64,000 nt of DNA from an uncultured Lachnospiraceae bacterium (GCA_964368755.1 CAYJCR010000001.1:70074-134073); one strand, 5' to 3'. Shown: positions 37,335 through 46,663, numbered from the stretch's first letter. Notes: generated by a model not told the origin, from the letters alone. Numbers and translations are program-made.

Positions 37335-39391
37335 GAGAAATTGTACTTGTAGGCAATCCCAATACAGGCAAGACAACGCTATTCAATTCTTTGACAAAAA
37401 GTAGTGAGCATGTTGGTAACTGGCAGGGTGTCACAGTAGATTCCAAATCAAAAGTTATCCTAGTTGGTGGAGTAAAAATCAGCCTTGTTGATTTGCCAGG
37501 GACATACTCATTGATACCATATAGCCCAGAAGAAAAAGTTACAAGTGACTACATATCAAGAGTTGAGGATATTATCAACATTGTAGATATGTCCAACTTA
37601 GCACGTAACTTATATCTCACACTCCAGTTGTGGGAGAGGGGAGATAGTATACGATTAGCTATCAATCGTACTAGCAAGAAGGCGAGTCTAGATATAGATA
37701 AGTTCTCTACTATGACAGGATTAGATTGTGCAGTTGTCAATGCCAAGGACTCCAAAGATTGCAAGAAACTCCTAAAGGAAATTTCTGCGCCTAAGTTTTT
37801 GCCACCATATATACAGGATAGAGTTATTCAATCGGTAGCAAAAGTTATATCTACAAATGCCGATATAGTACACAAAAACAAATATTATTGTGCCATTGCG
37901 ATCATTGAACAAAACCAAGAAGTTATCCAATCTCTTTGTTTGTCAGATAGCCAAAACTCTATTATCGGAGAATTAACCAAGGATATATCTAATAGGCAAG
38001 ATTATATTTCGTGCCTTAGGTATAAATACATTTCAGAGCTATTAGACAAGTGCAGTTATTCGACTTCTACTTTTGGGACAAGTCGAATAGACAAGCTATT
38101 GCTTAATAAGTTCGTCGCCATACCGTTGTTTTTTGGGTTGTTACTCTTGGTATCTTTTGTGACATATGCTAGTGTCGGCAAGTATCTCTGCGATTGCACA
38201 AGGATTGGGACATATAGGCTTCTCTCTGTCATTCCAAGATTGCTTGCAAGTAGTCCTGATGGGGTATTATCTCTTATAGAAAGTGTCAACAATGGGATAT
38301 GCAATGTGGTTAGCTTTTTGCCACAAATAGCATTGTTATATTTATTCTTGTCAATACTCGAAGATAGTGGATATATGTCAAGAGTCGCGTTTTTGTTCGA
38401 AGATATTTTGGGCAAAGTTGGACTAAGTGGCAAGAGTATATTCTGCCTACTCATCAGTTCGGGTTGTTCTACTACAGCAGTTATGACCAGTCGCAATCTC
38501 GAAGGTAACAATCGCATAAGGACTGCTATGCTCACACCAATCATTTCGTGCAGTGCCAAGATGCCGTTTTTTGCGATTATTTGTGGAGCCTTCTTTGGTG
38601 GGAGTTTTCTTATCATATATGCTCTGTATCTGCTATCTATATTGATAGTTATAGGTGTCAGTTATATCCTCAACAAAGTGTATCCTATGAAGAGTAATTT
38701 TGTTATGGAGTTTGCGTCTCTCAAAGTCCCAACGCTCAAGAATACTATCAAGAATATTGTATCAAATGTTAAGTCATTCCTTTTGCGTGCTGGTGTTGTT
38801 GTAATGAGTTTTTCGGTTATACTGTGGTTTTTGCAAAGCTTTTCGTTCAGACTTATTTATCAAGACGAGACATCAATCTTACAATCAATAAGCGGGGTTT
38901 TAGCACCAATATTTGCACCCCTTGGACTCAATAATTGGGGTATAGTTGCAAGTATACTTGTGGGAGTACTTGCAAAGGAACTTATTGTCTCTACAATTGC
39001 TGTAATCAATTGCGTTGGCATACAAGGAGTGGGAGCAAGTCTTCTTGCTAAGTCTTCGGTTATAGCATTATCGCAGACACAAGCAGTTGTTCTATTACTT
39101 TTTTGTCTGACATATATGCCTTGTGTTGCAACAATAAGTGTTATGTCCAAAGAGATTGGAACCAAACGCACTTTTGTCTGTGTTCTTGTGCAACTGTGTG
39201 GGACATATCTATTGTGCGAGATAGTACATATGTGTCTGACTATATACAGATTGTATGGCTCAATATGGTTGTGGGGAATAGTTGTTGGAATAGTCATAAT
39301 AATATCGCTTATGACACTATTATCAAAGTTGAACTCAAAAAAATGCAATAGAAAGTGCTGTAATTGTATTGGTTGCAAAAAAAGAAATTGA
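37331..39391 (+). CDS. feoB: ferrous iron transporter FeoB
   Basis: G-domain motifs GNPNTGKTTLFN and DLPGTYS, a polytopic membrane domain and a Cys-rich tail KKCNRKCCNCIGC. Confidence 0.95.
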   Translation: MREIVLVGNPNTGKTTLFNSLTKSSEHVGNWQGVTVDSKSKVILVGGVKISLVDLPGTYSLIPYSPEEKVTSDYISRVEDIINIVDMSNLARNLYLTLQLWERGDSIRLAINRTSKKASLDIDKFSTMTGLDCAVVNAKDSKDCKKLLKEISAPKFLPPYIQDRVIQSVAKVISTNADIVHKNKYYCAIAIIEQNQEVIQSLCLSDSQNSIIGELTKDISNRQDYISCLRYKYISELLDKCSYSTSTFGTSRIDKLLLNKFVAIPLFFGLLLLVSFVTYASVGKYLCDCTRIGTYRLLSVIPRLLASSPDGVLSLIESVNNGICNVVSFLPQIALLYLFLSILEDSGYMSRVAFLFEDILGKVGLSGKSIFCLLISSGCSTTAVMTSRNLEGNNRIRTAMLTPIISCSAKMPFFAIICGAFFGGSFLIIYALYLLSILIVIGVSYILNKVYPMKSNFVMEFASLKVPTLKNTIKNIVSNVKSFLLRAGVVVMSFSVILWFLQSFSFRLIYQDETSILQSISGVLAPIFAPLGLNNWGIVASILVGVLAKELIVSTIAVINCVGIQGVGASLLAKSSVIALSQTQAVVLLLFCLTYMPCVATISVMSKEIGTKRTFVCVLVQLCGTYLLCEIVHMCLTIYRLYGSIWLWGIVVGIVIIISLMTLLSKLNSKKCNRKCCNCIGCKKRN

Positions 39392-39476
39392 CAATCAAAA
39401 GTGTCCAAAAAGGTTGCGACTATAATAATAGTATGATAAACTATTAACCGTAACACAATAAGTTACAAGGAGACTT

Positions 39477-40805
39477 ATGAAGAAACCTTTGGTTGCCATA
39501 GTTGGACGTCCCAATGTTGGCAAAAGTACTTTTTTTAATAAAATTTGTGGCAGGAGAGTCAGTATTGTAGAAGACACTCCTGGTGTAACACGTGACAGAA
39601 TATATGCAGACGGCGAATGGTGTGGATATAATTTTAGTATGGTAGATACTGGTGGACTTGACTTCAAGGTAGAAGAAGATGAGATGCAGAAGAATATCAT
39701 TACTCAAGCCAAGATCGCTATTGAACTTGCCGATGTTATACTTTTCTTTGTTGATGGCAAAGAGGGCGTGACCAATAACGACAAAGAAGTTGCCGACTTA
39801 CTTCGACGTAGTCACAAGCCTATCGTACTTGTTGTCAATAAGTTGGATAACTTTGAAGTAGAGAAGTCATATGAGTTCTACGAACTTAATATCGGAGAAC
39901 CAATGCCAATGTCAGTAGAGCAAGGCAAAGGAATGGGTGAAGTTCTAGACGAAGTTGTCAAGAACCTTCCAAAGTATGACAAACAACAAGAAAAAAAATC
40001 TATTAACATTGCGATTGTTGGTAGACCAAATGCCGGCAAGAGTTCTATAACCAATAGACTACTTGGCGAAGACAGAGTTGTTGTTAGCAATGTAGCAGGG
40101 ACAACAAGAGATGCTGTTGATACTCCATTCAGATATAATGGCAAGGAATATACAATCATAGATACAGCAGGTCTTCGCAAGAAGAAGAACATCGAGCCTG
40201 AGAGCATCGAGAGATATGGTGTGCTTCGTACAATGGACGCCATCAAACGTGCAGACATTGTACTGGTTGTGTTAGACAGTCAGGATAACGTGACTGACCA
40301 AGACGTCAAGATAGCAGGCCTTGTCCATGAGGAAGGTAAGCCAAGTATTATTATTATGAATAAGTGGGACTTGGTACCGAAGAATGATAAGACTATCAAC
40401 AAGTATATGGACAAACTCAAAGAAGATCTTTCTTTTATGGACTACTTCAAGCCACTATTTATATCAACTCTTACAGGTCAACGTTTTGCGAATATTATGC
40501 CAGTTGTTGAAGAAGTGCTAGGTAATGCATCTCGTCGTGTGACAACAGGACTCCTCAACGAGATAGTCTCAGATGCAGTATCTGTCAATCAACCTCCTAT
40601 GCAGAGAGGGAGAAAACTCAAACTATATTTTGCAACTCAGGTAGCGACCAATCCTCCAACATTTGTAATATTTGTCAATGACCCTGAAGCAATGCATTTT
40701 TCGTATCAGCGATACTTAGAGAATAGTTTGCGTAAAGCAATCAACCTCGAAGGTACACCAATCAATGTTATTATTAGGAAAAAATCGGAGAAGGAAGAAG
40801 ACTAA
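39477..40805 (+). CDS. der: ribosome-associated GTPase Der/EngA
   Basis: Two tandem G domains (GRPNVGKST and GRPNAGKSS, each with NKxD) plus a KH-like C-terminus. Confidence 0.96.
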   Translation: MKKPLVAIVGRPNVGKSTFFNKICGRRVSIVEDTPGVTRDRIYADGEWCGYNFSMVDTGGLDFKVEEDEMQKNIITQAKIAIELADVILFFVDGKEGVTNNDKEVADLLRRSHKPIVLVVNKLDNFEVEKSYEFYELNIGEPMPMSVEQGKGMGEVLDEVVKNLPKYDKQQEKKSINIAIVGRPNAGKSSITNRLLGEDRVVVSNVAGTTRDAVDTPFRYNGKEYTIIDTAGLRKKKNIEPESIERYGVLRTMDAIKRADIVLVVLDSQDNVTDQDVKIAGLVHEEGKPSIIIMNKWDLVPKNDKTINKYMDKLKEDLSFMDYFKPLFISTLTGQRFANIMPVVEEVLGNASRRVTTGLLNEIVSDAVSVNQPPMQRGRKLKLYFATQVATNPPTFVIFVNDPEAMHFSYQRYLENSLRKAINLEGTPINVIIRKKSEKEED

Positions 40806-41498
40806 ATGATTGCTCTCAAATACACATTATTTTGTATAGGTTGTTACTTACTTGGTAATGTGTTTTTTGCACGCATTATATCTAAAATTAGACATCAAGA
40901 TATTACTAATGAAGGTAGTGGCAATCCTGGTACTATGAATATGCTACGTAAGCAAGGGTTCTGGGTAGGGTTACTTACACTCCTTCTTGATATGAGCAAA
41001 GGTGTGGCGGCGGCACTTGTTGGTTATTACCTATTCGGTGGACCAAATAATGAACCTGCCAGCATAATAGCTCAATACGTGGGTGGACTTTGCGTACTTG
41101 TTGGCAATCTATTCCCAGTATTTTATAAGTTCAAAGGTGGCAAAGGCGCTGCTGTTATATATGGTATGTTCTGTGCAGTTAATCCTTTCTTGGGACTTAT
41201 ATTGTTCGGAGTTGGATTTATATACCTATTTGCATTTGATTACGCATCAATGACATCGTTTATTGTAATAACGGTGTTCGTGATTGTTCAATCGCAGAGA
41301 CCTGCATATCAAGGTAATCTCATCATAAGTTTCTTGCTACTTGCGATATATCTTCTTATGTGGTTCGCTCATAGGAGCAATATATTGAGACTTCTCACAG
41401 GTAAGGAGAACAAAGTCAACTTCCGAGACAAACTCAGAAGAGCTCGTATCAAACTCGCTAAGAAGAAGGAAGAGAAGACCAAACGTGAGATTGGCTAA
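40806..41498 (+). CDS. plsY: glycerol-3-phosphate acyltransferase PlsY
   Basis: SGNPGTMN and FKGGKG motifs with about 5-6 TM segments, in the der-plsY order. Confidence 0.92.
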   Translation: MIALKYTLFCIGCYLLGNVFFARIISKIRHQDITNEGSGNPGTMNMLRKQGFWVGLLTLLLDMSKGVAAALVGYYLFGGPNNEPASIIAQYVGGLCVLVGNLFPVFYKFKGGKGAAVIYGMFCAVNPFLGLILFGVGFIYLFAFDYASMTSFIVITVFVIVQSQRPAYQGNLIISFLLLAIYLLMWFAHRSNILRLLTGKENKVNFRDKLRRARIKLAKKKEEKTKREIG

Positions 41499-41606
41499 TG
41501 TTATATATTGAAAGATAGGCGAACTAGCCTATTTTTTTTATTGAAGTTCTATCCAAGACAAGAGATACATATGTATTAGTATACCTTATTACTTGGAGGA
41601 CAGATT

Positions 41607-43082
41607 ATGTCGTATAACGTATATGAAGATATTGCAAAACGCACGAATGGAGATATTTATATTGGAGTAGTTGGACCTGTCAGGTGTGGCAAATCCACTT
41701 TTATATCCAAGTTCGTCAATACATTGGTTTTGCCTAACATAGAGAATAAATACAACAAAGAACGTGCGATTGATGAGTTGCCACAGAGTGCCAATGGTAA
41801 GACAATTATGACTACTCAACCGAAGTTTATCCCTAACGAAGCTATTGCTATCAAAGTCAAAGATACGGTGGCACTCAACGTGAGATTAGTTGATTGTGTT
41901 GGATATATGGTACCAGGTGCTGTAGGACATGAAGAATCATCTAAACCAAGACTTGTCAAAACTCCGTGGAGTGATAGCCCAATGCCATTCGAGCAAGCAG
42001 CTGAGCTTGGTACAAAAAAAGTCATCTCAGACCATTCTACATTTGCGATAGCTATGACAACAGATGGAAGTTTTACAGACATTCCAAGAGCCAATTATAT
42101 TGATGCAGAAGAAAGAGTTGTATCAGAACTACAAGCAAGTGGCAAACCATTTGTTCTTGTACTTAATACTACGAAGCCAAATGATGAGACAACTCAAAGC
42201 CTTGTTGAAAGTTTGTCAGTCAAGTATGATTGCAAAGTGCTTGCACTTGATATAACAGCTATGGATATAGATGTCATTGACAATATCTTCACAGGAGTGT
42301 TAGAAGAGTTTTCATTTGTATCCCTCAAAGTCAATATGCCAGAGTGGATGCAAGCTTTGGAATACAATGATGAAATCATACAAGAAGTGGTAACAGAATG
42401 CAAATCTGCCGTTGACAAAGTCAACAAAGTCGGCGAAGTAGATAGTACTCGTACTATGTTCGAAGATAGTGATAACTTCTTGCCAATAACAATCTCAGAG
42501 ATCAAGATGGGTGAGGGTGTTGCCGTAGTCAACATCAGTCCAAAACAAGGGCTATTCTATCGCATACTAAGTAAGCAAAGTGGTTGTGATATTCAGAATG
42601 ACTATCAACTTGTCAACTACTTGCGTCAGCTAGGAACAGCAAAGCAAGAATATGACAAGATAAAGACAGCACTTATGCAAGTGGAAGAGACTGGATATGG
42701 TGTAGTAAGCCCAAGCCTTGACCAGATGAAACTCGAAGAACCAGAGATAGTTAAACAAGGTTCTCGATATGGTGTCAAACTCAAAGCGTCAGCACCAAGC
42801 CTCCACATAATGAGAGTAGATATAGAGACTGAGATAAGTCCAGTTGTAGGAACAGAACAACAAAGCGAAGACATAGTCAAATACCTTCTCAAAGAGTTTG
42901 AAAATGATCCAAAAGGTATCTGGGAGACAAATATGTTCGGCAAAAGTCTTCACTTACTTGTCAACGAAGGTCTTAATAACAAACTTGTGCAAATGCCTTC
43001 CGAAGCTCAGAAAAAGATGCGTAGAACACTTAGCCGTATAGTTAATGAAGGAAAAGGTGGCATAATCTGCATATTATTGTAA
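41607..43082 (+). CDS. spoIVA: stage IV sporulation protein A (spore coat morphogenetic ATPase)
   Basis: N-terminus YEDIAKRTNGDIYIGVVGPVRCGKSTFI (Walker A), a length of about 490 aa and a conserved C-terminus ...GKGGIICILL. Confidence 0.95.
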   Translation: MSYNVYEDIAKRTNGDIYIGVVGPVRCGKSTFISKFVNTLVLPNIENKYNKERAIDELPQSANGKTIMTTQPKFIPNEAIAIKVKDTVALNVRLVDCVGYMVPGAVGHEESSKPRLVKTPWSDSPMPFEQAAELGTKKVISDHSTFAIAMTTDGSFTDIPRANYIDAEERVVSELQASGKPFVLVLNTTKPNDETTQSLVESLSVKYDCKVLALDITAMDIDVIDNIFTGVLEEFSFVSLKVNMPEWMQALEYNDEIIQEVVTECKSAVDKVNKVGEVDSTRTMFEDSDNFLPITISEIKMGEGVAVVNISPKQGLFYRILSKQSGCDIQNDYQLVNYLRQLGTAKQEYDKIKTALMQVEETGYGVVSPSLDQMKLEEPEIVKQGSRYGVKLKASAPSLHIMRVDIETEISPVVGTEQQSEDIVKYLLKEFENDPKGIWETNMFGKSLHLLVNEGLNNKLVQMPSEAQKKMRRTLSRIVNEGKGGIICILL

Positions 43083-43084
43083 AT

Positions 43085-43123
43085 AAAAAAACATCAACTT
43101 GTTACAGTTGATGTTTTTTGATT
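43085..43123. terminator. bidirectional terminator, copy 1 of a duplicated ~38-bp sequence
   Basis: A7-CATCAACT-tgttac-AGTTGATG-T6-GATT. The same sequence recurs at 43471..43512. Confidence 0.8.
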
Positions 43124-43125
43124 AT

Positions 43126-43326
43126 TCAATCTTCAAGTCCAAGCAGATAATCTGTTGACACTCCAAAATACTGTGCCAATTCTACTATGTACGACGCTTT
43201 GGGTTCGTTAATCTCTTGTTCCCAGAATATTATCGCACGTTTGTCACAATGCACAGCATCAGAAAGAGTCTTCTGACTAATGCCTCTATCTATTCGAAGT
43301 TCTTTAATTCTTTTTCCTATAATCAT
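43126..43326 (-). CDS. XRE-family helix-turn-helix transcriptional regulator (66 aa)
   Basis: HTH_3 pattern IKELRIDRGISQKTLSDAV...IIFWEQEINEPK...LAQYFGVSTDYLLG. No SD sequence; a TATAAT lies 6 nt upstream of the ATG, so the mRNA is possibly leaderless. Confidence 0.85.
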   Translation of the reverse strand: MIIGKRIKELRIDRGISQKTLSDAVHCDKRAIIFWEQEINEPKASYIVELAQYFGVSTDYLLGLED

Positions 43327-43338
43327 AATTATATTATA

Positions 43339-43387
43339 TGAGATTTCTCACCAAAATACTTGACAAGTGAGAAATCTCACCTATAAT
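43339..43387 (+). promoter_or_regulatory. plus-strand promoter TTGACA-16-TATAAT embedded in a perfect 13-bp inverted repeat (candidate XRE operator)
   Basis: TGAGATTTCTCAC (43339-43351) pairs with GTGAGAAATCTCA (43367-43379). The -35 is at 43360-43365 and the -10 at 43382-43387, pointing away from the XRE gene. Confidence 0.55.
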
Positions 43388-43470
43388 GTTATTGAGGCAT
43401 TTGTCTTAGTTGGGTGAGGAAAGCTTGACTGTGCAGAGTGTACATATGTATAAGAAGTTGTAAACCCAAC

Positions 43471-43512
43471 AAAAAAAACATCAACTTGTTACAGTTGATG
43501 TTTTTTTTGATT
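43471..43512. terminator. bidirectional terminator, copy 2 of the duplicated sequence
   Basis: A8-CATCAACT-tgttac-AGTTGATG-T8-GATT. Identical to copy 1 except for homopolymer lengths. Confidence 0.8.
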
Positions 43513-43516
43513 GTAA

Positions 43517-43972
43517 TTAGTCAAGTTGAACGACTTCAACTCTTGCTTCTTTGAATAATGTCATCGAGAATTCATCAGGATATGGGTGTTTGTATACCAC
43601 TCTCTTGATGCCTGCATTGATGATCATACGAGTGCATATGGAGCAAGGTTGATGTGTGCAATATAGTGTAGCTCCATCGATATTGACTCCAAGTTTGGCT
43701 GCTTGTATAATAGCATTCTGCTCAGCATGTATAGCATAGCACATCTCTTGTCTTGTGCCACTTGGTATGCCAAGTTTGACTCTCAAACATTCGCCTCTTT
43801 CTACACAACTCTTGATTCCAGCAGGTGCACCATTGTAACCTGTGGTCATAATACGTTTGTTCTTAACAATAACGGCTCCTACGTGGCGATTCTCTTTGTA
43901 ACAACTACTCCAAGTGCCAACTAAGTCTGCCATATCCAAAAATCTCTTATCCCATTTGTCTAATTGTGTCAT
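43517..43972 (-). CDS. dCMP deaminase (ComEB/deoxycytidylate deaminase family)
   Basis: HAEQNAI and PCSICTRMI zinc-binding motifs. Start moved to the ATG at 43972, which has a GGAGGGG RBS. Confidence 0.9.
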   Translation of the reverse strand: MTQLDKWDKRFLDMADLVGTWSSCYKENRHVGAVIVKNKRIMTTGYNGAPAGIKSCVERGECLRVKLGIPSGTRQEMCYAIHAEQNAIIQAAKLGVNIDGATLYCTHQPCSICTRMIINAGIKRVVYKHPYPDEFSMTLFKEARVEVVQLD

Positions 43973-44035
43973 AATATCCCCTCCGACCATTTTTAAGTAT
44001 AACCAACTATTGTATTGTTGACAAGCAAAACAAGG

Positions 44036-44626
44036 CTATTGTTTACCAAAAAGGTCCAATATAGCTCTTGTTCTATGTGATACGCTATTCTTTTGGGCCT
44101 TAGTACAATGTCCGAATGCTTTGCCAAGCTCATCGGATCTAAAGACACAATCGTATCCAAAACTTTTGTTGCCGACTTGCCTATGGAGTATATTACCATA
44201 GACCTTGCCTTCGCCATATCTATATGAATAGTCAGGATTCATCTCTACCATAACACAATTGAAGTAGGCTGTTCTATCGCTAATGTTTTTAAGTTTGGTC
44301 AATAACTTTTTTCTATTGGCGACAGCATTGTTTCCATCAGTTGCATACCTTGCACTTCTTACCCCGGGTTCGCCACCTAGAGCATTGACGCATTAGCCAC
44401 TATCATCAGCAAGTACTGTGAAGGGAGTGTTCTTCTTGTTGAGGTATGTCACAAGAGTTTTGGCTTTGATAAGCGCATTCTCTAGAGCAGTTGAGCCTGT
44501 TTCTTCAATCTCATCATAAAATCCTATATCTGACATGGTAAGTATATTTATGTCCTCGATTATCATCTTAATTTCTTCAATCTTATGCTGGTTGTTAGAT
44601 GCCAATACGTAAGTTTTCATCATCAT
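44036..44626 (-). pseudogene. rdgB: RdgB/HAM1-type non-canonical purine NTP pyrophosphatase interrupted by one in-frame TAA
   Basis: The N-terminal ORF (44393..44626) ends ...FTVLADDSG-TAA. The same frame continues CVNALGGEPGVRSARYA...GYDCVF...SHRTRA. Family consensus has Leu at the stop position (DDSGL). AGGAGA RBS is intact. Confidence 0.75.
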
Positions 44627-44737
44627 TTCTCCTATGCATTATAGTATCATATGAGACAGTATCAAATCAACAAAAAAGCCACTATTGACTTAGACTTACG
44701 AGTCTGATATACTGTAAAATAGTTGAAGGAGAGCATT

Positions 44738-45208
44738 ATGGAAAATAATGGAGAATACGATTCTTTTGAAGATGAGATAGAGTCTATCAATCATGGAGAT
44801 TATTGGGAGACAATTGTGCCACGTGTGACCGAATGCAATGTCGATATAACACGTGTATATTACACAGATAGTGAGCCAGTTGACGAGACTGATGCAAGAT
44901 ACAACAGTATGGTAATATTGGACAAATACGAGGATAGAGGAGTGGACCCAATGCGTAATTTCCTCAACTATACAATAATGAGGGCATCTAATGTCGTTAC
45001 TTTGAAACATATCTTGCCAGCTATTGATGATATTAAGACTATTGATGATATTAAGACTATTGATGATATTAAGACTATTGGTGAAGTTACTTTGACATTT
45101 GTTGGAGATAGAGAATTTGACTCAGACACAACCAACCTTGCTGATCTATACAAGTCAAAGGGGTGTATAGTATCCTTTGACCCAACTATATGCGAAGGCG
45201 ATATTTAA
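44738..45208 (+). CDS. hypothetical acidic protein with IDDIKT x3 repeat
   Basis: 156 aa with an AAGGAGAG RBS at the ATG at 44738 and a terminator at about 45226-45258. No family recognised. Confidence 0.5.
   Translation: MENNGEYDSFEDEIESINHGDYWETIVPRVTECNVDITRVYYTDSEPVDETDARYNSMVILDKYEDRGVDPMRNFLNYTIMRASNVVTLKHILPAIDDIKTIDDIKTIDDIKTIGEVTLTFVGDREFDSDTTNLADLYKSKGCIVSFDPTICEGDI
45023..45081 (+). repeat. 18-bp perfect tandem repeat x3.2 (ATTGATGATATTAAGACT)
   Basis: Copies at 45023, 45041 and 45059 plus a partial fourth. In-frame, encoding IDDIKT. Confidence 0.95.
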
Positions 45209-45378
45209 TTGTAATAGAGAATGATAAAAACTTAGGGAATGCACCTAAGTTTTTTTGTTATATTATGCACTATGTTTATATGAAGTAGGTTATATTTGCA
45301 GAGAAAGTTAGATGTTTGTTCTAAGCACAACTCTGTTATTTGTAAAAAAAAGAAGTCTTCAATAGACTTCATTGTATT

Positions 45379-45453
45379 TGGCTGGGGTGGCAGGATTCGA
45401 ACCTACGCATGCAGGAGTCAGAGGCCTGAGCCTTACCACTTGGCGACACCCCA
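45379..45453 (-). tRNA. tRNA-Gln (anticodon CTG)
   Basis: 75-nt cloverleaf folded by hand, with acceptor TGGGGTG/CACCCCA, anticodon loop CTCTGAC, T-loop TTCGAAT and encoded CCA. Paralogous to the Gln(TTG) gene at 46675. Confidence 0.9.
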
Positions 45454-45585
45454 ATGAATAATACTCACATATAATAGCAAAACAAATACTCGTTGTCAAG
45501 TCTAGTAAAGATTTTTTGATAACGAACTCAAAAAAATATTGAAGTTTACATAGCAAAAAATATTTTTGCAATTTATATTTTTTTA

Positions 45586-45614
45586 TTGACAAAATACTAT
45601 TCATAAACTATAAT
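45586..45614 (+). promoter_or_regulatory. sigma-A promoter TTGACA-17-TATAAT for tRNA-Lys/Leu
   Basis: Perfect hexamers with a 17-nt spacer, about 40 nt upstream of tRNA-Lys. Confidence 0.7.
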
Positions 45615-45653
45615 TAGTCTCGTGATTACCCGTTGAGGGTAATTTCCCCCTTC

Positions 45654-45729
45654 GATCCATTAGCTCAGTTGGTAGAGCACTTGACTTTTAATCAAGGGGT
45701 CTCGCGTTCGAGCCGCGAATGGATCACCA
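45654..45729 (+). tRNA. tRNA-Lys (anticodon TTT)
   Basis: 76 nt with acceptor GATCCAT/ATGGATC, anticodon loop CTTTTAA and encoded CCA. Confidence 0.92.
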
Positions 45730-45733
45730 ATAT

Positions 45734-45818
45734 GCGGATGTGGCGGAATTTGGCAGACGCGCCAGACTTAGGATCTGGTACCTTCGGTGTGGGAGTTCAA
45801 GTCTCTTCATCCGCACCA
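45734..45818 (+). tRNA. tRNA-Leu (anticodon TAG)
   Basis: 85 nt with a long variable arm, acceptor GCGGATG/CATCCGC, anticodon loop CTTAGGA and encoded CCA. Confidence 0.9.
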
Positions 45819-45924
45819 AATATAAAGATAGGCTGTAGGGCCTTTTTTTATTTTGTATTACAAAACGCTTGATAATTTTTTTATACTTATATAGAATGTA
45901 TTTAATAATAAAAGGAGAAATATT

Positions 45925-46230
45925 ATGGCACAGAAAAAAACAACTACCACAACCAAAAGAACAAGCACAGTATGGGGTCTTAACAAGATTTCTATGTGGA
46001 TATTGTGTGCTGTTGCAGTACTTTACCTAGTATCTATGATATTGTCACTTGTTGGCGTCAATCTCAAGATAGTAAGTGCACTTCAGGGTGTTGCAACTGC
46101 AATAATGATATCTATTGTAGCAATACTTGCATGGCGTTATGTTCGCAACAAACAAACAGTATGGAAAGTCCTATATTTTGTAGTACTTCTTGTTGTACTT
46201 GTTGGTATCATCATTCCACTTGTTGTGTAA
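45925..46230 (+). CDS. small membrane protein (3 TM)
   Basis: 101 aa with an AAGGAGA RBS, a Lys/Thr-rich N-terminus and a terminator at about 46249-46282. Shares the A-[WF]-x-Y-V-[RK]-x-K loop with the ORF at 13433. Confidence 0.5.
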   Translation: MAQKKTTTTTKRTSTVWGLNKISMWILCAVAVLYLVSMILSLVGVNLKIVSALQGVATAIMISIVAILAWRYVRNKQTVWKVLYFVVLLVVLVGIIIPLVV

Positions 46231-46284
46231 TTGATTAAATGACATAATAAAAAACAGACACTGTATGTCTGCTTTTTTTATATT

Positions 46285-46358
46285 TGGAGCGAATGAAGGG
46301 AATCGAACCCTCGACCGGAGCTTGGGAAGCTCCTATTTTGCCATTAAACTACATTCGC
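46285..46358 (-). tRNA. tRNA-Gly (anticodon CCC)
   Basis: 74 nt with acceptor GCGAATG/CATTCGC, anticodon loop TTCCCAA, T-loop TTCGATT and encoded CCA. Confidence 0.9.
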
Positions 46359-46453
46359 AGAACTGATAGTATTATATTAAAGTGTTTAACTAAATTAGTC
46401 AAGAAAAAAGAAGTTTTTTTGGTTAAGAACAGCAAAAAAAATATGTTAACTTG

Positions 46454-46482
46454 TTGACATACGAATATCTTTGTGATATTAT
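46454..46482 (+). promoter_or_regulatory. sigma-A promoter TTGACA-17-TATTAT for the tRNA Gly-Arg-Gln cluster
   Basis: -35 at 46454-46459 and -10 at 46477-46482, about 20 nt upstream of the first tRNA. Confidence 0.65.
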
Positions 46483-46501
46483 TCTACTGTCGCAAAAATA
46501 T

Positions 46502-46575
<74 letters not shown>

Positions 46576-46586
46576 TTATAATATAT

Positions 46587-46663
46587 GTGCCAGTAGCTCA
46601 GCTGGATAGAGCATCGCCCTTCTAAGGCGAGGGTCAGGGGTTCGAATCCCTTCTGGCACACCA
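46587..46663 (+). tRNA. tRNA-Arg (anticodon TCT)
   Basis: 77 nt with acceptor GTGCCAG/CTGGCAC, anticodon loop CTTCTAA and encoded CCA. Confidence 0.9.

Noticed and set aside
41540-41606. Sigma-E-type promoter upstream of spoIVA (CATATGTAT region).
   Set aside because: The -10-like CATA motif is present, but I could not find a convincing -35 (ATATT-type) at the right spacing. It is too weak to call.
43425-43463. 12-codon ORF (TTG start, MTVQSVHMYKKL) downstream of the XRE-divergent promoter, considered as a signalling peptide or toxin.
   Set aside because: It is too short and non-hydrophobic, has a non-ATG start and only a weak GAGG. The XRE protein has no peptide-sensing domain. It is kept only as a remark within the cassette finding.
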